Shown here: positions 1 to 14,363 of the stretch, piece by piece
How the letters are laid out: every line of letters begins with the position of its first letter
Numbering within the stretch: position 1 is the first letter of the stretch
NCBI RefSeq assembly: GCF_009914755.1
Contig: NC_060927.1
Reading direction: 5' to 3' (one strand)
Length of the DNA stretch: 64,000 nt
From: the human T2T-CHM13v2.0 reference genome, Homo sapiens
Position numbers and translations under genes: made by a program
Notes under the pieces: model-generated
Databases searched by the model: none
Seen by the model: the letters and a program-made list of their open reading frames with translations, nothing else
What the model was told of the DNA's origin: nothing

Positions 1-900
1 CACAGGTTTGAGAGTCTTCAGTGTGTCAGTGATATTTAATGTCCTGCTTGATCACTGATAGGCCCTTTTATTATGAAATCTTGTGTGTCAACTCTGGAAA
101 TATTTTTCTACTGTTTATTTAATTATAATCTCTCTATTCTGCCTATTCTTTCTCTCCAGAATTCCTATTACAGCCAGCCTTTTGTATCTATGGAATCCAC
201 ATTTGTAGGTTCTACTAACAGCGGATAGAAAATATTTTTGTAAAAAAGATGTACCTCTAATTAATGGTGTCCAGCAAAAAAAAAATTTAAAAATAAAAAT
301 AAATAAAAAATAAATGAACAAAGGATGGTTGTGTCTGCACTGAAAGCATACAGACCTTTTTTTCTTGTCATTATTTCCTAAACAATAGAGTATAACAACT
401 ATTTACATAGCTTTTACATTGTATTAGGTATTATAAGTAATCTAGTGATTAAAGGATACTAGAAGATGTGCATAGATTGTATGCAAATATGACACCATTT
501 TATATACAGAACTTGAGCATTCATGGATTTTTGATGTCTGCGGGGGTCCTGGAACCAATCCCCAACAGACACCAGGGGACGATTGTAGATGGATGTTAAA
601 CCTCCTAGATCAATCCACAGGGTCCCTTAACTGTCCTTCATTTTATTCATCTCTTGTGCTTTTGCTCCATGTCTTAGGAGACTTTCTTGATGCTTTCTTG
701 TTCAGTTCTTAGATTGATTCATATGATGCTGGCTTTAATATTTCCTGTTTTTAAGACCTTTTTTCTGGTGATTACTTCTTTTTATGGGAACTATTCCTGT
801 TTTGTGACTGTAATTAGGACCCATTTAGATCCTTCTAAATTTTTTTCTCTCCATTATTACCTCTGTGGACAGTTGTTCTGTGTGTTTGTCTTGGTCCTCC
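1..900 (-). mobile_element. Old L1M fragment, interrupted by MER2
   Basis: T-rich antisense L1-like sequence that rejoins across the MER2 (…attcctatta | gatggatgttaaacctcc…). Confidence 0.5.
171..585 (-). mobile_element. MER2-family (TcMar-Tigger) MITE
   Basis: Terminal gggggtcctggaaccaatcccc…ggggacgattg and internal tattaggtattataagtaatctag match MER2; TA on both sides (169-170, 586-587). Confidence 0.85.
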
Positions 901-2196
901 TCTCTTTTACGCTAATATTTTTCATAGTGTGTCAGGACGTCCATAGAACTCTGTTCCTTTTTATGAATGCAGAACTGCTTGCTCGATGCTCATGGCTGGG
1001 AAGGTTTTCGTGCAAGTGTGTTGTCCTCTGGGTCTTTCCCCTGAATTGGGGAACTGGTGTAGAGGATAGAATTTGTCTACTCTCAGGCCTCATCATAGGG
1101 GCACAAGCAGGAAATGGCAGTCAAGCTGACATCTCGAGTGCTTTTAAATTTAGTGGAGTATGAATTCTTCTGAGAAATCACATCATTATTATTTAAATAA
1201 GGAATAATGAGTAACAGTTACCCCTCCCTGAAAACTCATGCCCAGGTAAATATCACTAGCTGATAAAGTCCTTCACAAGGCATTGACCCATCAGTGATGT
1301 CTGCCATGGGTGTGGGAGGGAAGGCTCATAGCCAGAGGCTTTCACACATCCTTCCTTCTTCAGCCCACACACCTGTCCAAGTCACAGTTCACACCCAGCC
1401 TGGAGGAGGCGGATTGGGCTGGGGCCTATATGACAGTCATTTCAACCAGTGGTAACTCATAGCTAAATTTATGTAAACTTACCTTACTGTCTGCTGCTGG
1501 AATGCTGACAAGAGGGCGGCCCTGAGAGAGAATTAGTTTGAGCATGAAGTAGCCACATGCATTATCCTTAAAATGCATGTGTATGGTTAACTGAGTGATT
1601 ATATTCCAAGGTTGATGCAAGTTATTTGGGGAATATCTATACCTCTGTTACCTCCACAGGCATGGTTCGTCAGAGTTCACTGCATGTAACCCTATTTTAA
1701 TCGCGGATAAGACAGACAAATATATTGGCCCTGCAAAGAAAACCAAACAGGATGTTATCGTTAGTAACTTGGAAGGACAGATTTAAATATTTTAAGACTT
1801 TAGTAAAAGGGGACATGTATCAACAGATTTTACATCCACAAGGATAAATTACAGCTATAAACACAGGAAGGACAAACAGTCCAAACACAAGATGGGCCAG
1901 GGCTGATTCACCCAGGGTTAGCAGAGCACCCACTGCAGAAGACGTCAGTGCATCACAATCGTCATGAGTCAGTGAGGCTAAATGTCAATCAGAACTATTC
2001 AAAGAGAAGTGTAATGGGGGATAAATGATGATTATCATCATTGGGAAAGGGAAATGGGCAAGAGTTGTACACAGAAATGCTTCCAGGAGCCAGGCTGGTG
2101 ATGTAAATGTGTGAAACTGATGAGAGTACAATCAGGAGCGGTGAGGACTGTGGCCAACTGAAGAATAAATGTCACTCTGAAGACATTCTCATTAAG

Positions 2197-2199
<3 letters not shown>

Positions 2200-2245
<46 letters not shown>
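2200..2245. repeat. (CA)n microsatellite
   Basis: Uninterrupted AC run of ~23 units. Confidence 0.97.
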
Positions 2246-2247
<2 letters not shown>

Positions 2248-2986
2248 GCCAGGCAGAAAGAAAGAAATATCTCAGAGCCCACAGTATCTTTGGCATTGTG
2301 AGCGATGAGCAGCCCCTAGCTCCATAACTGTTGCATTAATGATTGTGGCAGTTGTCCACTATTGGGGTACTTGTGAACCGTAATATCACTTAGAGTTACC
2401 ACACCACTGTTGTGTTGCGGGGCTGTGTTTTTACTTTCTCACAAAGGAGAAAGGGGCAGTCCTTAAAATTTCTGTTCATGGAGAAACATACCCGATCATA
2501 TAAATATATTGAATGTAAATATATTCTACCAAGTGATTGCAGAAGAAAACATTGAGAATGCTCTTCTGTGGATGTGAGTCTTCATCTCTGTTTACTGTGG
2601 AGATTCTTTCACCTAAAGCATAAGAGGAAACTGAGGAAGAGCCCACCCAAAGTAAGCAGACGGGAAGGAGCTTTGGACACAGCTCCTTGGGCTGTGTTAG
2701 CCAAGTGAAAATAACTAATAGGTTAGCAGCTGAGTAATGTCAGGCTTCATGTCAATGATGAAGCTGCTCTCTGTTCTCCTCAAAAACAGGGAACATGGTG
2801 GTTCAGAGCCAGAAACTTCCTGACCCCAGGAAAGCTGCATGACAATGGGTTATCAAGAGACAGTGGAAGCCTCATGTCCATGCAAGCTGAAATCAAGGTA
2901 GACAGTGACTTCCTGGGACAACCGTGAAAGCAGCCTGTTTTCAGGGAAGAGTATAATATAATAACCTTCCATCTCCTCTTAGAATT

Positions 2987-2991
<5 letters not shown>

Positions 2992-3035
<44 letters not shown>
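2992..3035. repeat. (TA)n microsatellite
   Basis: Pure AT run of ~22 units. Confidence 0.97.
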
Positions 3036-3040
<5 letters not shown>

Positions 3041-3639
3041 CAAAAATCCATTTTCTGAATTTTAATTGTGTAGCCTATATTATATAGGTTATAATACATT
3101 ATATATAGCATTATATACAATATAGGTTACATAATGGAAAATTCAGAAAATGGACTTTTGACAATTGTGGAAACTAGTTAAGATATGGAAAACGCTCCTA
3201 ATAACTGGAGCTTAGTAGAAGTAGAATTTGGAGCGCCTTCTTTTCTTTTCCAGCAAGGGAAAGTCATATAGATTGATTCAGAGAAAGAGAAAGGGATAAA
3301 AATTTGCCTTCAATATAAAGAGCATGGGTCTCCATTTAATTGGCAGGGACATATAGGAGAAGGAAAAGAATTTCCCTGGTTGAAGTACAGGTCTTTTTCC
3401 TCTTTTCTTCCCACATCTGCTGTTGGATCATGCATTTTCTATATCTCAGAAATTTTGAAAATCAATATGGATGATAATTAAGTGAAAAAGACAAATCCAA
3501 GTCATATTCACAGATTTAGGTGGTCTTGATGAGGCTTGAGCCTTGGAATTTTGCAGTCTCTGTAGGAATATATCAGGAGTTAAAATGTGTCTCCTTTGGG
3601 TTTAGGTAAATGAAATGGTTGGCATAATAGCATTTCAGA

Positions 3640-3815
3640 CCTAGCAATGTCCATTGGGTTGATCTAATTCAGTATTTGTTTTAAATATTTAAAATGCAGA
3701 AACTGAGGCAAGAGAGGTTAAGGTAAGAAAAAGTTGTGCTTAAGGCAGAGAACTAGCCAGGATTTAAGTGTAAAACCAGACTCCAGGACTTCTGATTCCA
3801 ATTTCAGTACTCTTG
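3640..3815 (-). mobile_element. MIR fragment
   Basis: gaaactgaggcaagagaggttaagg… MIR core. Confidence 0.55.
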
Positions 3816-4031
3816 CAACTCTCTTCTTACCATTTTATTTAATGTTAGAGATTATGCCTAATAGTAATTGTATGTCCTATGAAAATGATGCCATAGTATG
3901 TATAGGTTGGCAATCTGAAATGTACTGGTCAAAGGAATATCACATGTCAGGTGAAGGCTTACATATTTTTCATTCTGGTTGTTCTGAACCCAGCAGCTGA
4001 GCAGCAGGGGTAGAGATGGTGTATTGTGTGG

Positions 4032-4420
4032 TGTATTAGTCTGTTCTCATGCTACTATAAAGGACTGTCCAAGACTGGGTAATTTATAAAGGAAATAAGT
4101 TTAATTGACTCACAGTTCTGCATGGCTGGGGAGGCCTCAGGAAACTTACAATCATGGCAAAAGGGGAAGCAAACATGTCCTTCTTCACACGGTGGCAGCA
4201 AGGAGAAGTGCTGAGCAAAAGGGGGAAAGCCACATATAAAACCATCAGATCTCATGAGAACTAACTTGCTTTCACAAAAACAGCAGGGAGGTAACTGCCC
4301 CCATTATCTCCACCTGGTCCCTCCCACAAAATGTGAGAATTATGGGAATTGCAATTCAAGATGAGATTTGGGTGGAGACACAGCCAAACCATATCATTCT
4401 GCCCAGGCCCCTCCAAAATA
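4032..4420 (-). mobile_element. THE1-family MaLR LTR plus short internal remnant
   Basis: tgtattagtctgttctc…cacagccaaaccatatca (4032-4396), then ttctgcccaggcccctccaaa (polypurine-tract end of the internal region). Confidence 0.88.
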
Positions 4421-5054
4421 TCAAATGTAAATATGACACAGGGCTCAGATTCGGCATTTACAAGCTCCCAGAGCTGCCTGTTGCCTGCTTGAGATCCACA
4501 CTTTGAATAACAAGAGTCTAGATAATATTCTGTTCTACTAAAAGAGTTACAAAAATGAATTCTACCAATAATCTATACAAAGCATTTAGATTTGTCTCAT
4601 CATTTTCACAGGAAAAATGGAAAATTTCAGAAAAATTGAGTGGATTTGTAAGTGCAAGTATGTGACATTTATAATCATTTACTATTGATTTAAGATAATT
4701 TTTTGTGATATATCATACACACCATAATTTATAATAAATCAGGATTGGATGCTCATTTGTACCCTAGATCTTTCCTGGTCAGAAAAATCTTAGCATTGGC
4801 TCACAGGAGTAAGAGAAGACTCCTCTCATTGTACCCATACCTGCAGCCAGAGAAGGTTTCCCCTTTTTGAGAGGGGCCCTCAGGCAGATCAGACTGACCA
4901 CACAGAAGGGTTGGCTGGAGCCACCAACCGCAGGACCCCTTGGGTCCCAGAGAGGTGACTTGGGTTACCATGGGTGTAAGGGCATAGCTCCAGGAACCCA
5001 CCCTTCTTTCACTGTAATCCTCCTAACACATTAGGGTTCTGCGTCTAACAAAGT

Positions 5055-5780
5055 TTGTACTCCTAGGAATTCACCAAAGAAAAATGAAAACATATGCCTA
5101 TACAAAGATTTGTACATGACAACCTTATTCATAGTAGCTCCAAACTGGAAACAACCCAAATCCAAAAGTCCACCAAGAGGTGAAAGGGTATACAAATTGC
5201 GATGTATTTAAACAGTGGGTGTTATGGACTGTATGTTTGTGTGTTGAGATCCTAAACCCCAAGATGATGGTATTAGGAGGTGGGGCCTTTGGTAGATGAT
5301 TAGGTCAGGAGGGTGGCGCCTTCATGAATAGGATTAGTGCCCTTATGAAAGTCTCCCCAGAGGGCTCTCTTGCCTCTTTCCGCCATGTGAGGACACACTA
5401 GGAGTCAGCAGTTTGCAACCTGGAAGAGAGCTCTCCCCAGAACCTGACCATGCTGGCACCGTGATCTCAGGCTTCCAGCCTCCAAAACTGTGAGAGAGAA
5501 ATATCTTGTTTATAAGTCACTGAGTCTATGGCACTGTTATAGCAGCCTGAGCTGACTGGAACAATGGGCTTCTACTCAGCAGTGAAAAAGAGCAAGCTAC
5601 TGATGCACGCAGCACCGTGAGTCATCTCAACCAGTGTTGAGCAAAAGAGGACTGATTGGATGGGGACACAGAATGTGTGGGAATTATGGAAATGTGCCAT
5701 ACCTTGAGTAGGGTGGTCATTACATAGGTGTACACACTTATCAAAGCCTTGAACTGTCTACTTAAAATGAATTAAACCTC
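5055..5780 (+). mobile_element. Old L1 3' fragment split by MLT1A
   Basis: ttattcatagtagctccaaactggaaacaacccaaa… and …ctactcagcagtgaaaaag… are L1M 3' motifs. Confidence 0.65.
5220..5562 (+). mobile_element. MLT1A-type solo LTR
   Basis: tgttatggactg…gtattaggaggtggggcctttgg…ttccagcctccaaaactgtgag…aaca; degenerate 5-bp TSD gtggg/atggg. Confidence 0.8.
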
Positions 5781-5785
5781 AGGAA

Positions 5786-6269
<484 letters not shown>

Positions 6270-6971
6270 AGAAAACCTGTTTTTAAAGCACATATAAAGG
6301 AAGTTTGGGAACCGTGGCTTTCAGATTAAGAAATTTAGGCCTAAAGAAGTCAAGTGACTTCCCCGGAGTGATAGATAAGGATTAAGCCCCATTCCTGCCA
6401 ACACTCTGTGTAACTGTCCTCACAGCACCTCCTTCCTTAAAGCCAGCACCCCATGGTTTCTTTTCATCATTACCCTTTTCTTTCTGAAAAACAGATGCTC
6501 TCCTTGTGGTGGGTCCTGCCCCTCACCGCCAAGTGTGAATTTGGACCTCAGTCCAGAAGAAACGGGTTTTGTATCCTGGAAACAAGACCAGGGCTCTGCC
6601 AGGAAAGGTTCTTCGCTGCCACAGGCCCTAGGTAATTTAGCTTATCTGAATTGCGTAACTGAGCAGGGCTGAGCACTATAATCACACAACAGACCTTTGT
6701 AGATGGACCCAGTATATCCAGCCCAGCAAGGCCCTCATACACAGCCGCCTCCCTGAGGGTCTCTGGTCCAGAGTTTTTGTCTTTGTCAGCTAAGCAGTTC
6801 TTTAGAGCTCTATCACTTTTGATATTTTTTTGACCTAAATGTGATGCATCACATAGGAAATATATGTCAGCAAAAAAGTCCCATAAATAAATTATGCCTC
6901 ACATATGTATGCTTTTGACAGGATTTTTGTTCTTTCTAATCAGCAAACAAATGAAGGCATTATACCATCTG

Positions 6972-7960
6972 CATTCATTCTACACTTAATTTATCAAGCA
7001 CTTGTATGTGCCAGGCGCTGTTCTACATGCTGGGGAAAGAGAACTCCAGCTAACTCCATTAAGGTGTCACAGGCAACAAACAAACAGACCTGTAAATGAA
7101 ATTACACAAGTTGTAATATGAGTTTTACAGAGACAAGTGGAGTTCCAGCAAAGAACAGCAGGAGGGATTCTACCTCAGATACTTATGTTAAGGCCACTCT
7201 GAAAACATGACACTGAAAAGGTGGGATTCACTTATATGAAGAGGGTGGAAATAGCATTCCAGGCAGAGAGAGGAGCATGTGCAGAGGCTCTAAGGCAGGA
7301 AGCAGCTCAGTTAGGTGGAGACTGGGAAGAGATAGGCAAAGGGAAGAGTGGCACTAGATGAACCTGGAGAAATGGGCAGGAATGGATAATTTGGAACCCT
7401 GTAAACCAGTCAGGGTGCTGACCCAATCATCCATGGCGAGGGGCTATGACAGTCTAAGCGACAAAGGTAGCAAGAGACATGGCGAGACAAGGGTGATCCA
7501 AGCTATGTTGGATGCACCATCAAGTAAGATGGTACATCTTAGTCCCACCCTTCAGGCCACCTGATCATCTTCTACTTGATGCAACATCCAGCTGTGGATT
7601 GGTGCACCTTCGTCTCTCAACAAGCTATCACTACGTTGGGGATAAAGACTTTCCAAGCAACCAGATGGGTAGGATGAGGAAAAGAACGAACCTGAGATAA
7701 CATCTGAGATTCTGGCTTGAGAAATGAAGCAGGGAAGTTTAGGGAAACAGCACATTCCAGGGAGATCAAGAGTTCTTGTTTGGACACGCTGAGGTTGAGA
7801 CCCTATTAACCATCTACATGGAGATGTCAAGTAGGCAGTTCGATATATGAGTTTGGAGCTTAGAGGAGCAGTCAAGACTGGCAAGACACATTTGGGGGGT
7901 CATTAGCACACAGGCATGGAATTTACAACCAAGGGAGCTGATGAGAATGTCTGGCTGGGG
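6972..7960 (-). mobile_element. L2 fragment(s)
   Basis: cattcattc…caagcacttgtatgtgccaggcgctg and ggagatgtcaagtaggcagttcgatatatgagtttggagct are antisense L2 motifs. Confidence 0.75.
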
Positions 7961-8440
7961 AGAGGGTGTTGATGAAGTAGGGACCCAGGACAGCAATTAG
8001 AGCTGACAAGCAGCTTGTTCTAAATTCTCACCGTTGGCTTCATTGTGTTCTTTCTTATGGTATTGTGTGACATTGCTGTGAGTAAGGTTTCACACATACC
8101 TTTAAACAGCGTGGGAGAGAGTCATATGAAGAACCATATGCAACATGTTGGCGGCTGGCAGGAGATGGGAAAGAACAGAGGGGCTCACATCAATGGATCA
8201 TTGCTGACACCACTTGTATTTTCAGCCACTGTCCTCATCACTGTTGCTGTATGAGAGGAAATGAGGTGGAGCAAGATGTGTAGATCAATAAATCACCAGA
8301 AAATAGCGTGCAGTGTATGTCTCCTCCAGAATAAGGCCCAAACACCTCCGCAGGCAGCATCCCCACAAGTGCTCGCCCTACCCGGCCTCCCACCACACGC
8401 TCTCGCACCCCTCCCTCCACAGCACTGGCAGAGATACTGA

Positions 8441-8858
<418 letters not shown>

Positions 8859-9932
8859 TGAGGATTAGAACTGTGCCTGGAATGTGGTAAGAGCTGAGGA
8901 ACACTACCTCTAGTTAGCCTTATCATCATCTCTATTATGGTTATTATTACTTTTGTTCTCTGTAGCCTTGCTATCAAGGATCAAGCCTAGCCATCCAAGT
9001 AGCTCTCGCTCCAACTGTCTGAGGGAGGCAGATGTGGTATTCTCAGTGCCTAACAACTGGCACACTGCAGTGTGGACAATACAGTAACGTGGGTGGCCCC
9101 AGCCTCAGGGGGCTTCTGGGTGGCACGTGTCTGCCAGCCAGGGTGCGAGCACCAGGACAAGGTGCCTCTCCCTCCCGCCAGGTGGAGGCCTGCTTTGGCC
9201 AGAGGGGTAGGCTGGGGCATAGAAGCTGTGGTAGCCTGGCAGGGCTAGTGGATACCCAGGGAAGTCCCAGGCAGGGCCTGGGGGGTAGGAAGAGGGGAGA
9301 GAAACAGGGGGAGTTCCCATCAGTGGCTATTTTCCGAATCTTATGAAACCTCTTCAACATTCCAGGACAGGTGTGGTTGCTTCAGCACGTGTCTGCTGAA
9401 CCAAGAGTGGGGATGAATGAACAAAATCAAGAGTAGAAAGCCCCCCTCCCACCACCCCATCCCCACCTCCACTGTCCACCTGCCAGCCTCAGATCTGGGT
9501 TGTTGATGCTCTTTATCTGAAATAAACCAGAAGCTTGGAAGGGTGGAGGGCTGGGCCAGGGCTTGTCAGGGATTCACACTCGCAAGCCTGTTCCTCCCTG
9601 TCTATCAGGACGCACGGAAGCCACTGTGGGGCCCTAGATCCCCCAGAATCCCAGCACCAGATGCTGACTCAGGGCCTGCCTGGCTGTGGGACCAAGTCTG
9701 TGTCACAGCATCTGAATTCAGCCTTTGAGGCCTCCTAGGCACCCATGTACTCCTTGGGATGTAACTAACAGAAGAATGCAGAAACAAGTTGTGATGCAGC
9801 CACACAATGGCCTACCTTAGAACAATGATGATAAACCTAACACCACGACTCACAAAAGAGGTGTCTTGCAGGTATAATTTTAGAGAAAGAAGCCAAACCA
9901 AAAAGACTCCTTTTATTCAATACAAGGAATAT

Positions 9933-10226
9933 GTCTCCTCCTCCCCCTCCTCCACCTTCTCCTCTTCTTCCTCCTTCTCCTCCTCTTTCTCCTTATCCCC
10001 TTTCTCCTTCTCCTCCTCCTCTTTTTTTCCTCCTCTTTCTCCTCCTCCTTCTTCTCCTCTTCTTCCTTTTCTCCTTCCTCCTCTTCTCCTCCTCCTTCTC
10101 CTCCTCCTCCTCCTTCTCTTTCTTCTTCTTTTTCTTCTTCCCATCGCCTTCTCCTTCTCTGTCTTTTCATTCTTCCTCTTGTTCTTCTGTTCCTCCTCTT
10201 GCTCCTCCTCCTCCTTCCTCTTCTTT
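9933..10226. repeat. (CCT/CTT)n polypyrimidine low-complexity tract
   Basis: ~290 nt almost exclusively C/T on the plus strand. Confidence 0.95.
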
Positions 10227-10440
10227 TAATTCTCTTCCTGGCCAGCCCTGCATAGCATGAGGACACTCCTGAATTCTGTTCAGAACATCTGGGGGCCCTG
10301 CTTTAATTCAGCTTGTTATTGATGCAAAGCCCCAGATCAAAGTCATAAACATGGACCTAATAGGGACATATCCCTGCTTAAAGTGGCAATCCATTGTGCC
10401 TGGAATCAACTTGAAACTCTCTGCCATGACTTAAAACAAA

Positions 10441-10632
10441 AGCAACCTATGGGCCAAATCCTGCTTGTCGTCTGTTTTGTCAATAAAGTTTTGTTGGAAC
10501 ACAGCCATGCCCAATCTTTGCATGTTGTCTATGGCTGCTATCAGCTACAAGGGCAGAATTGAGTGGTTGTGACTGAGACCCATAAAGGGCCATAATGCCT
10601 ACAACCTTTACAGAAAACATTTGCAATCCCCG
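10441..10632 (+). mobile_element. MER58A (hAT-Charlie) inserted in L2
   Basis: gggccaaatcc…aataaagttttgttggaacacagccatgccc…ctttacagaaaacatttgc. Confidence 0.8.
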
Positions 10633-10639
10633 ATTAGAA

Positions 10640-11000
10640 GTCCCATGCAATCTGGCCCATGCCCACCTGTCTAGCCACATTCCACGCTGAGTCCCCGGAG
10701 GCCTGTGCACTTGGTCTTTCTCCTTCATCTCACAAGGTTGGCTCCTTCTCATCAGACCAGTCTCAGCCCTAAGGCCTGAGGTCTCCCTGGCCTCCTCACT
10801 CTCTAGCTCATGGACCTGCTCCATTTTTTCCAAAGATTATTTGTTTACTTGTGTACTGTCTCCCCTAGTGAGAATGTCAACACCATCATGGCTGGGACCC
10901 AGTTGATCTTGTTCACTGGTGCATACCCACAGCACCCGTGCCGTGACCCAGTTTAAGTGTTCAGTAAATACTGTTTGTTGAACAAATGAATGAAGTGATG
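10640..11000 (+). mobile_element. L2 3' end
   Basis: Ends with tcagtaaatactgtttgttgaacaaatgaatgaa. Confidence 0.7.
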
Positions 11001-11071
11001 AACATTTTCTAAAAGACAACACTTACATTGAGGACCTGGTGTGACATGTGACAGGGTACATCGTCTGTGAT

Positions 11072-11369
11072 TTTTTTTTTGTTTTTTTGAGACAAAGTCT
11101 CACTTTGTCACCCAGGCTGGAGTGCAGGGCGTGATCTGGGCTCACTGCAGCCTCTGTCTCCCGGGTTCAAGCGATTCCTGTGCCTCAGCCTCCCCAGTAG
11201 CTGGGATTAAAGGCTTGTGCCACCATGCCTGGCTAATTTTTGTATTTTTAGTAGAGACGAGGTCTCACCATGTTGGCCAGGCTGGTCTTGAACTCCTGAC
11301 CTCAGGTGATCTGCCCACCTAGGCCTCCCAAAGTGCTGGGATTATAGGCATGAGGCACCGTGCCCGGCC
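11072..11369 (-). mobile_element. AluS
   Basis: Full antisense Alu with ctgtgat flanking duplication. Confidence 0.95.
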
Positions 11370-11399
11370 CTGTGATGTTCTTACCATCATCAGTGATCA

Positions 11400-11550
11400 C
11401 CTACTCTGCAATTTGATTCCCTTCGGCAGCCTGTGCAGTGGGGAACATCATGCCCATTTTACAGATGAGAAAACTGAAGCCCAGAATGGCGAATCCGCAG
11501 TTAGTAAGTGACACCGAGATCAGACCTGTCTGAATTCAGTACCCAGACTT
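11400..11550 (-). mobile_element. MIR
   Basis: cccattttacagatgagaaaactgaagcccaga core. Confidence 0.75.
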
Positions 11551-12913
11551 TCCCCAGGTGCCCTGCTCTCAAACTCAGCCAAGATGGCTTTGACTTTTGC
11601 TAATATTTGGAAGACACTGTCCTCCCAGAAACTTCTCTCTGTAGGATGAAAGAAGGATGCAGAACCCAGCTGGCAGATAACGTTTTAGAATTTGAGGCCA
11701 GACTGCACATATGTTATTGATCTGCTACCCTCATTCATTTTTTAAAAATCCAAATAAAAATGAAGCCCAGCAGTCAATCTGAATTAATTAGCTTTTCTGG
11801 CAGCTGCCATCTGAGAATTAGGAATTATCCTGAGCCAGTAAATTCTAACTGATTCTTTTTTTGTGGTGTCAGATTGGATTAAAGGAAATGTTGAGGGTAA
11901 AATTAAATACTACGCTTTTCTTATTGCTTCAGTTGCCCAAAGATAAACGCTTTTCATGATGATAAATATACTATAAATTCTCATAACAATAACCGAAATT
12001 CAAATAAATAGGCTGTATAACCCCATGCGACTGTAATTTTCCTTTTATAGTCAGCTTGTTTACTGTTTATTGAAGAGAATGTCTGGTCCTTGCCTTTGAG
12101 GGATTTTAAATGCAGCGTTAGTCCAGATTTTTTAAGGAAAGCCCCAAGCCAAGCACCTGTCTGTATCTTTGATTGTTTTCTCTTTATTAAGAGACTACAA
12201 GGCCACAAAGTCCTTGATCCATATGATTGGGATGGGCACAGGGGTGAAATGCAAGGGAACAAGAAACATGTCAGCTAGAAGTCAGGAACCCTGGGCTCTG
12301 GCCCTGCACTTTGACGTTAACCAAGTCAATTCATCTGTTCATCTGATTTTCATCTCTTAAATGAGGGGATTTGTAACTGCCCTACATACATCAGAAAGTG
12401 TTTGACCCATACCTGAGATATCAGGGGTGACTAATTTAAGAAGGACAGAACTTGCTTCTTAGGTTGACTCTTGGCATCACAATAGATGAGTAACTTTGCC
12501 CAGTGACTGAAGGCCACCGGTGACACCAGATTCACAAATTAAAGTGACAGTAATGAGAAGAAACACCAGGCATTGGCAGCCATAAGTTAAATTATTCATA
12601 AGTCACCTGCATTAAGTGAAAGATAAAGTTTAACCAGCAATCACATGTCTAGATATGTAACAGCGTGCTAAGTTGGAAGTTTAATATATATAATAACTGA
12701 ATTTCCAAAATGAGAAAGTTCAAATTAGGTGACACAGAATGAATTAAACTTCTCAAAAATCACTGAAAAGATCTGAAGTGATTGAAAGAGTTAGAAGGGA
12801 GAGAGGGTTTATGAAGAAATATTTTTGGGGAGAGCCGCTGCAGAGTTGGGAGTCTCACCCCACTTTCTCCCAAGCAGGTGAGATTAAAAGCCTCAAGCCA
12901 AGGGAGCAAAGAT

Positions 12914-13400
12914 GTATCAGTTAGCTACTGCTGCATAACAAATCACTCCAAAAACCAGGGGCTTTAAATAACAAGAGTTTATTTAGCTCACTGGCTGGGG
13001 GCTAGCTGATCTAGGATGATCTCACTTATGCATGTGGAGTTGACTGCTAGGCCAGCAAATCAGTTCTGCTGATCTTGTCTGGGCTCGCTCATGTGTCTGA
13101 GATGAATCCACTGACCCAGTTTTGCTCCACGTTGTCTCTCATCCCCCAGCAGGCTAGCCTGGGTTTGTTCATACACAGTGGCAGAGGTCCAAGGAAGTGA
13201 GCAGAAGCATACAAGGACTCTTCAGGTCTAAGCTGGAAAAGGTACATCATTATTTCCACTGCTCTCTATTGGCCAAAACAAGTCGTTAGATCAGCCCAGA
13301 TTCAAGAAAGATTTTAACCCACCTCCAATGGGAGGATCATCAAAGACACATTGAAAAGGGGTGTGGCTACAGGAAGAATGGAGAATTGTGGCCAATTTTA
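12914..13400 (-). mobile_element. Old MLT1 LTR
   Basis: tgtatcagttagctactgctgcataacaaatcactccaaaa…ctattggccaaaacaagtc…cagcccagattcaag. Confidence 0.75.
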
Positions 13401-13863
13401 CAAGAGAGTCTTCAGGGAGTTTGAAATGGCGCAATTATGGGGGTCATTAGATTTAATTTCTTACATGTGACGAGGAAATTTAAGGTGAGAGACTACAGCT
13501 TCCAAACTGAGTCATGGGGCAGAGAAAGGGAGGGAATCGAAGGCTGAGTTTGAGAAACAGCAGCGTTGCCACCAGGCATATGTTTTTCATGAGCTAGAAG
13601 TGGGCCACCTAAGAGAGAGGACAGCTGGGGAGGGGCAAATGGACTCCACCTAGAGGTCTGTGCTGCAGGATCCACTCAAGATCCAGGAGTGGGGAAGGGA
13701 GTAGGGTCTGGAGAAGGATTTCCCTTCCCTTCTGGAGCCATAGTTAGGACCCAACAGAAGAGCTCTATAAATCCATGACTTTACTCATCAAAGAGTTAGC
13801 TCTAAAGGCTTGACAGACTCCCAGAGTATGAAAAACCATCTTATGACAGTATCAAACCAGTAA

Positions 13864-14163
<300 letters not shown>

Positions 14164-14363
14164 AAGAACTTTCTATATCCCTTGTCCTGTATCCCTGTCA
14201 GAAAAGGCCAGGGCCACTTCCTTAGCAAGTCAAGAGGAAAGATGAGGAAGAAGGAGTGGTGACCATGTCCCCTCCCAAGTTCACCTGGAGCTGTGCTACT
14301 CCACCTGGGGCTGAGAGAGGGAGGAGACTTAATTCTAAATCTAAATTCTAAAGTTTGGAGTTT

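Noticed and set aside
9807-10266. Poly-Ser/Leu/Glu/Arg ORFs
   Set aside because: Stop-free because of the low-complexity CCT/CTT tract.
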